Part shown: one piece after another, positions 47,641 to 56,757 of the stretch
How positions within the stretch are numbered: position 1 is the stretch's first letter
Layout of the letters: the number at the start of each line of letters is the position of its first letter
Notes under the pieces: model-generated
Told to the model about the DNA's origin: nothing
Database searches by the model: none
Seen by the model: only the letters and a program-made list of their open reading frames with translations
Translations under genes and position numbers: made by a program
Source of the DNA: Acidimicrobiia bacterium
GTDB taxonomy: Bacteria; Actinomycetota; Acidimicrobiia; Spongiisociales; ZC4RG35
DNA: 64,000 nucleotides
Reading direction: 5' to 3'
Assembly (NCBI GenBank): GCA_036380875.1
Contig: DASVDX010000086.1
Location: 20,974 to 84,973, forward strand

Positions 47641-48515
47641 TGGGTTTCCTCCAGAGCAGCAACGGCGGCTCCGATGGCGCCTGCTTCCTGTCCCAAGGCA
47701 CTGGGGACCATCTTCGCCAGGGGACGATGCCCGGCGCCTTCCGTTACCGACAATCGACGGCGTACCGGGTCGAGGAGGAGGTCGCCGGCCCCTGCCGCCG
47801 CTCCGCCGACGACGATCACGTCGGGGTCGAGGGCCAACACCAGTGTCTCGATGCCGACGGCCAGCCACTCCCCGGCCTCGGTGATCCGGGCGATGGCTTT
47901 TTCGTCGCCACCGAGGGCGGCTTCCACGAGGTCCTCGGCCTTGGCTTCGGGGCCGAGCAGTTCCCGGGCGTCGGCGCCGAAGCGGGTGCCGGAGACCTTC
48001 GTCTCCCAACAGCCGCGTCGGCCGCAGGCGCATTGGTCGCCGTTGGTGTCGATGGTGATGTGGCCGACCTCGCCGGCATGGCCACGGCCCCGGTACACCT
48101 GGCCGCCCAGCACTGCGCCCATGCCGATGCCGGTGCCGAGCGTGATCATCAGCATGTGCTCGGCACCCTTCCCGGCCCCCAGCCGGTGCTCGGCGAGCGC
48201 CGCCATGTTGGCGTCGTTGTCGACCGTGACCGGGACCCCCAGCTTCTCCATGAGCGGCCGGCGGAAGTCCACGGCCGTGCCCGGCAGGTGAGGGGCCCAC
48301 ACGAGCTGGCCGGCCTCGTGGTCGACGAGCCCGGCCAGGCCCAGCCCGAGAGGGAGGCCGGCGCCGAGTTCGGTGGCGACGGAGGCGACGGCTCCGATGA
48401 TCTCGGAGGGATCGGCAGGCGTCGGCCGCCGCGTCCGTGACACGATCTCCCGGTTGGAGTCGAGACGCACGGCCTTGACGAAAGTCCCTCCGACGTCGAC
48501 CCCGACGGCGCTCAT
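47637..48515 (-). CDS. ROK-family glucokinase
   Basis: N-terminal VGVDVGGT ATPase motif. ROK signature and zinc cysteines (CACGRRGCWE). Confidence 0.85.
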   Translation of the reverse strand: MSAVGVDVGGTFVKAVRLDSNREIVSRTRRPTPADPSEIIGAVASVATELGAGLPLGLGLAGLVDHEAGQLVWAPHLPGTAVDFRRPLMEKLGVPVTVDNDANMAALAEHRLGAGKGAEHMLMITLGTGIGMGAVLGGQVYRGRGHAGEVGHITIDTNGDQCACGRRGCWETKVSGTRFGADARELLGPEAKAEDLVEAALGGDEKAIARITEAGEWLAVGIETLVLALDPDVIVVGGAAAGAGDLLLDPVRRRLSVTEGAGHRPLAKMVPSALGQEAGAIGAAVAALEETQ

Positions 48516-48703
48516 TCGATCTCGATCCGTTCCCGGCGCGGGGCGCCGTCGTCGGCGGGCTCATCGGAGTCGTGACGCAGGTGGGAGAGTTCCTCGATCA
48601 CTGCTTCGAGGGCCCTGACGCTCTCGATGCCGGCCTTGAGCAGGTGGATCATCGCCCGCTGGGCAGCGCGCTTCAGGGCTTCGACGGTTTCGGCATCGGT
48701 CAT
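48512..48703 (-). CDS. Small helical hypothetical protein (63 aa), translationally coupled on both sides
   Basis: 4-nt overlaps with both ArsA-HSP20 (upstream) and the glucokinase gene (downstream). No known motif. Confidence 0.4.
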   Translation of the reverse strand: MTDAETVEALKRAAQRAMIHLLKAGIESVRALEAVIEELSHLRHDSDEPADDGAPRRERIEIE

Positions 48704-49875
48704 GACACTTCTCCGAAGCGTATGGACAGCACGCCATCGGCCAGCTTCGCCCCCTCCACCTGCCTGCGGTGGAGGCTGTCGGGAAGCACGAAGGAGCGTC
48801 GGTATGGGCCGACCTGGATGAAGAGCTCGTTCCCGTGGCGGTAGACGTCGAGTTCGCCCTTCTCTGCGAAGGGCACCGTCATCTCGAGGACCACCGCCCT
48901 GTCGAGGTCCTCCACGCGGAACGGGCTGCGGGCCTGGAAGTCCCGGATCGGGTCGGCGTCCCCGTAGAGCTCCTCGGCCATCGTCCTCAGCTTCGTCACG
49001 CCCACCATCTCCTCGTCGAAGAGGCGGAGGCGAAGCCGGGGGACGTCGGCGAAAGCGGCGTCGACCGTGTCGAGATGCGATTTCTGGATCGTGCGCCAGC
49101 GGGAGAAGTACGGGTCGGAGACCTGGTCCGGAAGCACGCGGTTCACGATCACCCCGTCGACGCCGTAGCCGAACAGGGACAGGTACGTGTATGTGCGGCG
49201 CGCTTCGTCGATCACCATCTTCTCGGGGTTGACGACAAGCCGGGCCGAGGTTACTTCGGGATTGGCGAGCAGTTCTTTGACCTGTTCGATGCCGGTGAAG
49301 ACGGTGGTGGCGGCGTCGAACACGCCCTCTTCGGGCACGGGCAGGTCCGTGACTCGGGTCAGCAGGGGTCGGGCGGCGCGAAGGATGCGCCTTTCGGTGG
49401 GCAGGATCCGCTCGAAGTACCAGGAGAGCACCTCGGGCAAGGACAGGAGGCGAAGCGTTTCGGCGGTGGGGGCGCAGTCGACGACGACGGCGTCGTATTC
49501 ACCCGACCGAGCGTGGCGGTTGACCTCGAGCAGGGCGAATAGCTCGTCCATTCCCGGGAACACCAAGAACTCCTCCGCCTCGAGACCCGACACACCACCC
49601 CAGTCGAGGACGTTCATCAGCTGGTCGCGGATGGCCCCCCAGTACCTGTCGAGCTGACGTTGAGTGTCGATCTGCTGGCCGAACAGGTTGGGGGCCACCT
49701 CGATCGGATCGTCAGCCAGGCCCACGTCGAAGGCGTCGGCGAGTGAGTGAGCCGGGTCGGTCGACGAGATGAGTGTGCGATGTCCCGCATCGGCGGCAGC
49801 GAGGGCGGTGGCGGCGGCGACGGTGGTCTTGCCGACTCCACCTTTGCCCGTCACCAGGACGATGCGCACGGACAT
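48700..49875 (-). CDS. ArsA-family ATPase fused to a C-terminal HSP20-like (ArsA_HSP20) domain
   Basis: Walker A LVTGKGGVGKTTVAAA, then the DPAHSL and DCAPT motifs. C-terminal beta-sandwich-like segment (ELDVYRHGNELFIQVGPYRRSFVLPDSL...GVLSIRFGE). Confidence 0.8.
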   Translation of the reverse strand: MSVRIVLVTGKGGVGKTTVAAATALAAADAGHRTLISSTDPAHSLADAFDVGLADDPIEVAPNLFGQQIDTQRQLDRYWGAIRDQLMNVLDWGGVSGLEAEEFLVFPGMDELFALLEVNRHARSGEYDAVVVDCAPTAETLRLLSLPEVLSWYFERILPTERRILRAARPLLTRVTDLPVPEEGVFDAATTVFTGIEQVKELLANPEVTSARLVVNPEKMVIDEARRTYTYLSLFGYGVDGVIVNRVLPDQVSDPYFSRWRTIQKSHLDTVDAAFADVPRLRLRLFDEEMVGVTKLRTMAEELYGDADPIRDFQARSPFRVEDLDRAVVLEMTVPFAEKGELDVYRHGNELFIQVGPYRRSFVLPDSLHRRQVEGAKLADGVLSIRFGEVS

Positions 49876-49877
49876 CG

Positions 49878-50333
49878 TCAGGTCGAGCGTTCTTGCACGC
49901 GTCTGCGCAGTCCTCGCAGGGCGGTGGTGACGATCTGCTTCTCGGCTTGGCGACGGACGAACCCCGGAAGCACGAAGGACGGGACGACGGACAGTGCGTA
50001 GACGACCTCGGTCACCCCGTCTCCGGTCTCGGTGAACGTGTACGAGCCTTCGAGCATGGCGATGTCGGGGCTCGGATCAGCCTTCCACGACATCCGGTGG
50101 GGCGGGTCGTAGTCGTAGACCAGCTCGTAGGAGATCTCTTTGACGAAGCCTTCGAGCACGAACGCCGCCCTGTGCGGCCGGCCCTCGGAATCCCTCTCGA
50201 GAACCTCGACCCGCTTCACACCCGACGCCCACTCGGGATAGGACTCCACGTCGGCCGCCACCTCGAAACAGGCGGCGGCGGGGGCGTCGATCTCGATCGA
50301 ATGGACTGTGCTCTCTGCCATCGCCGGTTGCAT
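49878..50333 (-). CDS. SRPBCC-superfamily (polyketide cyclase/START-like) protein
   Basis: About 150-aa fold signature (HSIEIDAPAAACFEVAADVESYPEWA...). First gene of the operon. Confidence 0.7.
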   Translation of the reverse strand: MQPAMAESTVHSIEIDAPAAACFEVAADVESYPEWASGVKRVEVLERDSEGRPHRAAFVLEGFVKEISYELVYDYDPPHRMSWKADPSPDIAMLEGSYTFTETGDGVTEVVYALSVVPSFVLPGFVRRQAEKQIVTTALRGLRRRVQERST

Positions 50334-50398
50334 TCCTCCTAATCGTACTCTCTGCTCGCGAGTTGCTAACGGCTGTATGCGCCGCGCAAACGGGGCGG

Positions 50399-51178
50399 TC
50401 AGCTAGCGATGGCAGCTGCCGGATCGAAGCGAAACGCCCGTCGCGTGGCTCGAAAGTAGCCGACGTTCAGGCACAGGGTCGACCCCACTCGCCACCGGGT
50501 GGCCTGCGGCTGGTGGATGTCGCCGAACAGGTGGAACCGGGGGCGATGCTCGAGGATGTAGTCGAGGATCGGCCGGGACGAGCGTTCCAGTCGACCGGTT
50601 ATCACGTCGTAGTGGAGGGGGCGGACGGCGGGCGACAGATGGGTACAGAGCACGTCCACCGAACCGATCCGGGAGAGTTTCTCGGCCATCTCCTGGTCGG
50701 TGACCTCTCCCCGGCCCCGGCTGGGCGTTGCGATCCCTCCACCGGCGAATCCGAACGTGAAGCCGTCTATCTCGACGACTTCCCCGTCGACGAACCGCAT
50801 CCCCTCGGGCAGAGATTCGGCCAGCAGGTCGGGCGTGTCGACGTTGCCATACGTTGCGTATCCGGTCGCTCCGGCGATGGCCTCTCGGAAGGCGGCGTAT
50901 TGCTTCTCGATCTGGTCCCTCATCGCCGCCCGCAGCTCTTCGGCGCGGCCCGCCATCCCCTGCTCCCACAGCTCTCGCATCGCCTCGTAGTCGGAGTCAC
51001 CCCGGTGCTGGGAGACCCGCCGGCCGAAGTCCTCCCCCATGACGTCGGAGATGATCCCCTCGCCGGTGCGGTAATCGATGAGGTTGATGACGTCGCCGAG
51101 GATCAGAAGAGTCTCGCCGGTCGCGATCAGCCGGGCCAGGGCGTCGAACTCGCCGTGCACGTCGGAGACGACGAGCAC
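50399..51178 (-). CDS. Metallophosphoesterase (calcineurin-like)
   Basis: Metal-ligand motifs VVSDVHGEF, GDVIN and GDIHQP. GTG start 2 nt after the upstream stop. The track ORF 50399..51448 overextends. Confidence 0.7.
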   Translation of the reverse strand: MLVVSDVHGEFDALARLIATGETLLILGDVINLIDYRTGEGIISDVMGEDFGRRVSQHRGDSDYEAMRELWEQGMAGRAEELRAAMRDQIEKQYAAFREAIAGATGYATYGNVDTPDLLAESLPEGMRFVDGEVVEIDGFTFGFAGGGIATPSRGRGEVTDQEMAEKLSRIGSVDVLCTHLSPAVRPLHYDVITGRLERSSRPILDYILEHRPRFHLFGDIHQPQATRWRVGSTLCLNVGYFRATRRAFRFDPAAAIAS

Positions 51179-51180
51179 GC

Positions 51181-51501
51181 CTAGCCGGTCTCCGTTTCCG
51201 CGGTGGCGGCCGCCGGGTCGTCGTGGCCCGTCCACCCGACGTACCAGACGGCGGCAGCCGCACCGATGAGCGCCAACACCAGCGCCAGCGGCCAGGGGAT
51301 GCCGAGAGGCGAGAACTCGGCGGACATTCCGGCCATCCCGAAGCCGACCATGCCCGCCACCACCCGGCGGCCGACAAGCCCGAACCTCTCCTCGGGATCG
51401 ATGGCGGGACGCTCGATGTTCACCGCGAACGACCGAGCGATCAGCCAAGCGAACAAGGCGACTACCCCGACGACGAGGACTGAGGCGTAGACCTTGACCA
51501 C
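51181..51501 (-). CDS. Small two-TM membrane protein, hypothetical
   Basis: 106 aa, two hydrophobic helices. Tightly linked upstream of the metallophosphoesterase. Confidence 0.45.
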   Translation of the reverse strand: MVKVYASVLVVGVVALFAWLIARSFAVNIERPAIDPEERFGLVGRRVVAGMVGFGMAGMSAEFSPLGIPWPLALVLALIGAAAAVWYVGWTGHDDPAAATAETETG

Positions 51502-51538
51502 GATCTGAGCTTAGGACCGGGCGCGGCCGGAGCCTGCC

Positions 51539-53206
51539 TCAGCTCGTGACGGCGCCGTGCTCGGCCGAACCCACCAGGCGGGCGTACTTGGCCAGCGCCC
51601 CTGTCGTGTAACGCGGCTCGTGGGGCTTCCAATTGGCACGCCGCTCCGCCAGCGTCTCCTCGTCGACCATCAGGTCGAGTGTGCGGGTCGAAAGACGCAC
51701 TCGGATGGTGTCCCCGTCCTGCACCAAGCCGATGGGCCCGCCCACCTCCGACTCGGGTGCCACGTGGCCGATGCACAGGCCGGTCGTGCCGCCAGAGAAT
51801 CGCCCGTCGGTCACGAGCAGCACCTCTTTCCCCAGCCCGGCGCCTTTGATGGCGGCGGTGATCTGGAGCATCTCCCGCATGCCAGGGCCGCCCTTGGGCC
51901 CTTCGGTGCGGATCACGACCACGTCGCCGGGCCGGATCTGGTGGTTGAAGAGCGCCTCGAGAGCCGCCTGCTCCCCCTCGAAGACCCGGGCCGGGCCTTC
52001 GAACTCGTCGAGTTCGATGCCCGCCACCTTCACGACGGCGCCCTGCGGAGCGAGCGTGCCCCGGAGGACGGCGATCCCGCCCTCGGAGGCGATCGGGCTC
52101 TGCGGCGGGTAGATCACGTCCTGATCTTCGGGGAACACCACGTCGGCGACGTTCTCGGCGAGCGTCTTGCCGGTGACGGTCAGGACGTCGCCGTGGAGCA
52201 GACCCTCGTCGAGCAGCGCCTTGAGCACCACCGGCACCCCGCCGATCCGGTCCAGATCGACCATGTGATAGCGGCCGAAAGGCTTCAAGTCGCCGATGTG
52301 GGGTGTGCGACGGCTGATGCGGTCGAAGTCCTCTAGCTCCAACTCGACGCCGGCCTCGTGGGCGATGGCCATCAGGTGGAGGACGGCGTTGGTGGAGCCG
52401 CCGAGGGCCATGACGGTGGTGATGGCGTTCTCGAACGCCGGGCGGGTCATGATCTGGCGGGGACGGATCCCCTCGTCCAAGAGACGCATGGCAGTTTCGC
52501 CGGACTGACGGGCATACTCCCGCAGCCGGTGGTCGACCGCCGGGACCGACGCCGACCCGGGAAGCGACATGCCGATCGCCTCACCGACCGAGGCCATGGT
52601 GTTGGCGGTGAACATGCCGGCGCAGGACCCGGCGCCGGGGCAGGCGCTTCGCTCCAACTCGAGCAGGTCGGATTCCTCGATCCGGCCCTCGGACAGGGCG
52701 CCGATCCCCTCGAACACGTCCACGATGGAGATGTCGCGTCCCCGATAGCGGCCGGGGAGGCTGGACCCGCCGTAGAGGAACACCGCCGGCAGGTTGAGGC
52801 GGGCCGCCGCCATGAGCATGCCGGGAAGCGACTTGTCGCAGCCGGCGATGGTGACCATGGCGTCGAACCGCTCGGCGTGCATCACCAGCTCGACCGAGTC
52901 GGCGATGACTTCCCGGGACACGAGAGAAGCGCGCATGCCTTCGTGTCCCATCGAGATGCCGTCGGACACGGCGATGGTGGCGAACGTGAGGCCCACTCCC
53001 CCGGCCTCGATCACCCCTTGTTTCGCTGCAGCCGCCAACTCGGGGCCGCTGAGGTTGCACGGCGTCACCTCGTTGCCGGCCGACACCACTCCCACCTGCG
53101 GTTTGGCGAAGTCCTCGTCGCTGAGGCCCACCGCCCGGAGCATGGCTCTCGCCGCGGCCTTCGCAGGACCTTCGGTCACATCCTGGGAGTGGATCTTGTG
53201 GGTCAT
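51539..53206 (-). CDS. ilvD: Dihydroxy-acid dehydratase
   Basis: ILVD/EDD signatures including CDKxxP ([10 protein letters not shown]) and SDGRFSGGT. Start taken at [13 protein letters not shown] by comparison with actinobacterial IlvD. The track ATG at 53296 is the alternative. Confidence 0.92.
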   Translation of the reverse strand: MTHKIHSQDVTEGPAKAAARAMLRAVGLSDEDFAKPQVGVVSAGNEVTPCNLSGPELAAAAKQGVIEAGGVGLTFATIAVSDGISMGHEGMRASLVSREVIADSVELVMHAERFDAMVTIAGCDKSLPGMLMAAARLNLPAVFLYGGSSLPGRYRGRDISIVDVFEGIGALSEGRIEESDLLELERSACPGAGSCAGMFTANTMASVGEAIGMSLPGSASVPAVDHRLREYARQSGETAMRLLDEGIRPRQIMTRPAFENAITTVMALGGSTNAVLHLMAIAHEAGVELELEDFDRISRRTPHIGDLKPFGRYHMVDLDRIGGVPVVLKALLDEGLLHGDVLTVTGKTLAENVADVVFPEDQDVIYPPQSPIASEGGIAVLRGTLAPQGAVVKVAGIELDEFEGPARVFEGEQAALEALFNHQIRPGDVVVIRTEGPKGGPGMREMLQITAAIKGAGLGKEVLLVTDGRFSGGTTGLCIGHVAPESEVGGPIGLVQDGDTIRVRLSTRTLDLMVDEETLAERRANWKPHEPRYTTGALAKYARLVGSAEHGAVTS

Positions 53207-53286
53207 GGACGTGATGATATGGTGCCCGGACGGAGTGCGGTCCGCCGCGACCCTATCCTCGGGCTTTCGACCATCCATCACCTCTT

Positions 53287-55406
53287 TTGCTGTCACACAT
53301 CCCTGTCCTGAACCACCTCGAATATCCCGTGCCTCGATCTTTCGATCGGGTAGTCGACATCGCCCACAACCTGTGGTGGACCTGGCACGACGCCGGGCAG
53401 GCGCTGTGGTCGGCCATCGACCCCGACCAGTGGGAAGAGACCCACAACCCGATGGACATCCTCCACCACACCGAGCGCCACCGCTGGATGGAACTGGAGA
53501 AGCGCGAGACCGTTCAGGAGCGTTACCGGGAAGCGGTCAGGCGCTTCGACGAGTACCTGACCGATGAGGACACCTGGTACAACCGCCGCGGCGGCGGCCT
53601 CGAGGGGCCAGTCGCCTATCTGTGCACCGAGTTCGGCGTCCACAACACCATTCCTCTCTACTCGGGAGGGCTGGGGATCCTCGCCGGCGACCATCTCAAG
53701 TCGGCGTCCGATCTCGGTATCCCCCTCGTCGGCGTCGGCCTGTTCTACCGCCGTGGCTATTTCCGCCAGGAGATCGACGCCGACGGCGATCAGCAGCACA
53801 TCTCGCCGGTCCTCGACGAGCACCGCCTCCCGATGGCGCCCGTGGCGGCGCCAGGTGGCGGTCAGCTGCAGGTCGAGATCGAACTGCCAGGACGTTCGCT
53901 CACGGTGGCGGCGTGGCGACTGGCCGTGGGCCGGGTGCCGCTGATCCTCCTGGACACGGACCTCCCCGAAAACGATCCGGCCGACCGGCCGATCACCCAC
54001 ACGCTGTACGTCCGGGGCCGGGAGATGCGCTTCCTGCAGGAACTGGTGCTGGGTGTCGGCGCCGTCCGGGTACTCGACGCCCTCGGACTGGAGCCGGCGG
54101 TGTGGCACGCCAATGAGGGTCATGCCGCCTTGTCGGTGATCGAACGGGCCGCCCAACTGGTCGAAGGTGGCTCCACCCTCGAGGAAGCCCGGGAGACGAT
54201 CCGCCGCCGGACGGTCTTCACCTTGCACACCCCGGTGCCGGCCGGCAACGAGACGTTCGAGCGGGCGATCCCCGACAAGTACCTGCCGCCTTGGGCGGCC
54301 CGGCTGGGCGTCGACATGGCCGGCCTGGGCGAGCTCGCCCGGTCCCACGATCCCCACTACTTCGACATGGGGGCGCTGGCCATCAGATTCGCGTCCTTCG
54401 TCAACGGCGTCTCGCAACGCCACGGCGAGGTGGTCACCCGGGACTGGTCGTGGCTCATCGGCCACGGGGCCGAGGCGATCACCAACGGTGTCCATCCGCC
54501 GACGTGGATGGGACGGGGGGCGTCACGTCTGCTCCGCAGCCGCTTCGGCGACGAGTGGGCCGAGTACCTGCTCGAGAACCCCGAGGAGCTGAAGCTCATC
54601 GACGCCCTCTCGAGCGACGAGCTGTGGAACCTGCACCAGGTGCGAAAAGAGGTGCTCGTGACCTTCGTTCGGGGCCGGCTCCAGCGACAGATCGCCCGTC
54701 ACGGCGGAAGCCCCGACGATCTGCGAGCCGTGGAGCGTCTCCTGTCTCCCGACGTGCTCACGCTGGGTTTCGCCCGCCGGTTCGCAACCTACAAGCGGGC
54801 GACGCTCATGTTCCGCGACGTAGACCGCCTCACCTCGATAGTCGCCAGCGACGCCCGGCCGATCCAGTTGGTGTTCGCCGGCAAGGCCCATCCCGCCGAC
54901 GACCACGGCCAGGCGCTGATCCGCCACCTGGTCGAACTGTCCCGCACCCCGGGGCTGGCTGGCCGCCTCTTCGTGGTCGAGGACTACGACGCCCGGATGG
55001 CCCGCTTCCTCGTGCAGGGCTGTGACGTCTGGGTCAACAACCCGCGCCCGCCGATGGAGGCGTCCGCACGTCGGGGATGAAGGCGGCGATGAACGGAGTC
55101 CTCAACCTGTCGGTGCTCGACGGTTGGTGGGCCGAGGGATACGACGGCGAGAACGGTTGGGCGTTCGGGCACGCCGATCCGAGCGACGACTACGAAGCGT
55201 CCGACCGTCACGACGCCGACGACTTCTACCGGGTGCTCGCCGACGAGGTGGCGCCGCTCTACTACGAGCGGGATTCCGACGGCATCCCCCACGCGTGGGT
55301 GGAGAGGATGCGTCGTTCCATCGCCTCGTCGCTGGTCCGATTCTCCTCCCACCGGATGGTGGCCGAGTACCTGGAGCGCGCCTACCTGCCGCTCGGCCGC
55401 GGCTGA
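53287..55406 (+). pseudogene. glgP: Alpha-1,4-glucan (maltodextrin/glycogen) phosphorylase, GT35, interrupted by a -1 frameshift
   Basis: Track ORF 53287..55080 ends ...VNNPRPPMEASARRG*. Track ORF 55077..55406 (frame +2) starts MKAAMNGVLNLSVLDGWWAEGY. Restoring one G in tccg^cacg near 55066 gives the universal EASGTSGMK PLP-lysine motif in a single frame. Confidence 0.75.
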
Positions 55407-55451
55407 CGTAGCCGAAGCGTTTCTGTCCCTCCCGTTTCGTAGGTTGGCGGC

Positions 55452-55631
55452 ATGCTCATCGACTGTGAGACGTGCTGCATGCGCAACACCGACGCCTGCG
55501 ACGACTGTGTGGTGTCGGTGATCCTCGGCTCGACCCCGGTCGAGGTCGACGACGACGAGCTTGCAGCCCTCGACAACCTGGCCGCCCAGGGACTGTGCCC
55601 TCCACTGCGCTTGGTGCCCATGGCAGGTTGA
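55452..55631 (+). CDS. Unannotated 59-aa Cys-rich small ORF (CxxCC-x6-CxxC...C)
   Basis: ATG...TGA frame reading MLIDCETCCMRNTDACDDCVVSVILGSTPVEVDDDELAALDNLAAQGLCPPLRLVPMAG. Below the 60-aa track cutoff. Ends about 35 nt before the queG start. Confidence 0.35.
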   Translation: MLIDCETCCMRNTDACDDCVVSVILGSTPVEVDDDELAALDNLAAQGLCPPLRLVPMAG

Positions 55632-55665
55632 GCCGTTCGGCTCGGCGCCGGCTCGGGCATACGCT

Positions 55666-56757
55666 TTGGGGGTGGATCTTCGGGCACGTGCCATTCAGGC
55701 GGGACTCGCCGCCGGTCTCGACCAGATCGGCGTCGCCGGCGCCGAGCCGTTCGACGACGTCCGCCAGGCCTTGGAGGCCCGTCTCGCCAGCGGAGCCGCC
55801 GGTCGGCTTCGGTTCACTTTCAAGGACCCGACGAGAGCCACCGACGTGCGACGCAGCTTCCCGTGGGCGCGGCGGCTGGTGGTGGGCATTCGTTCCTACC
55901 TGCCCGAGGCGGGCACGGCCCCGCGCCGGCCCGGTCACGGTCGGATAGCCCGTTTCGCCGTCGGCGATCCCTACCCACCCCTCCGTCACGGCCTCGAGGC
56001 GATCGCCGAGGTGCTGCGCCAGGCAGGTGCCCAAGCGGAGGTCCTGGTCGACGACGACCGCCTGGTCGACCGGGGAGCGGCGGTGCGGGCGGGAGTGGCG
56101 TGGTGGGGCAAGTCCACGATGGCGATCACCCCCGGCCTGGGACCGTGGTTCGTGATCGGTTCGGTGGTGACCGACGCCGAGTTGGACGTCGACGAGCCCA
56201 TGCGGCGCGGGTGCGGAACCTGCGACGCCTGCCTCCCGGCTTGCCCCACGGGGGCGCTCGTGGCTCCCGGAGTCCTCGACGCCCGACGGTGCCTCGCCGC
56301 CATCGCCCAGTCTCCGGGTGTGATCCCCCGCGAGTTCCGGGAAGCGATGGGCGACCGGCTCTACGGGTGTGACGATTGCCTCGACGCCTGCCCGCCCGGC
56401 ACTCGCCTCAGGATCCGCTCCGCGGCCGAGCGTGGCTCCGTCGACCTGCGATGGGTGCTCGAAGCCGCCGACGAGACGCTCCTGTCTCGGTTCTCCCACT
56501 TCTATATCCCCCGCCGGTCGCCTCGTTTCCTGCGCCGCAACGCCCTCGTGGCGATGGGAAACGACGGCGACCCCGGCTTGCTCCAGATCGTGGCATTTCA
56601 TGCCGGTCATCCCGACTGGCTGCTGCGGGCCCACGCCGTCTGGGCGCTGGCGCGCATCGGCGGCGAGGCGGTGCGTCCTCTGCTGGAGCAGCTGCGTGCC
56701 CGCGAGCGGCATCCGGATGTCCGCGCGGAGCTCGAGGCCGAGCTGGCCGTCGCCTAG
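55666..56757 (+). CDS. queG: Epoxyqueuosine reductase
   Basis: Aligns with E. coli QueG. Two 4Fe-4S clusters (CGTCDACLPACPTG, YGCDDCLDACP) and C-terminal HEAT-like repeats. TTG/GTG start near 55666-55672. The track ORF begins at 55561 in the same frame. Confidence 0.85.
   Translation: MGVDLRARAIQAGLAAGLDQIGVAGAEPFDDVRQALEARLASGAAGRLRFTFKDPTRATDVRRSFPWARRLVVGIRSYLPEAGTAPRRPGHGRIARFAVGDPYPPLRHGLEAIAEVLRQAGAQAEVLVDDDRLVDRGAAVRAGVAWWGKSTMAITPGLGPWFVIGSVVTDAELDVDEPMRRGCGTCDACLPACPTGALVAPGVLDARRCLAAIAQSPGVIPREFREAMGDRLYGCDDCLDACPPGTRLRIRSAAERGSVDLRWVLEAADETLLSRFSHFYIPRRSPRFLRRNALVAMGNDGDPGLLQIVAFHAGHPDWLLRAHAVWALARIGGEAVRPLLEQLRARERHPDVRAELEAELAVA

Noticed and set aside
47218-48564. 448-aa ORF upstream extension of the DUF1232 gene
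   Set aside because: The N-terminal 300 aa are an Arg/Gly/Pro-rich read antisense through the ROK glucokinase gene. The conserved DUF1232 domain starts at the MSDSIRP ATG, which overlaps the glucokinase stop.
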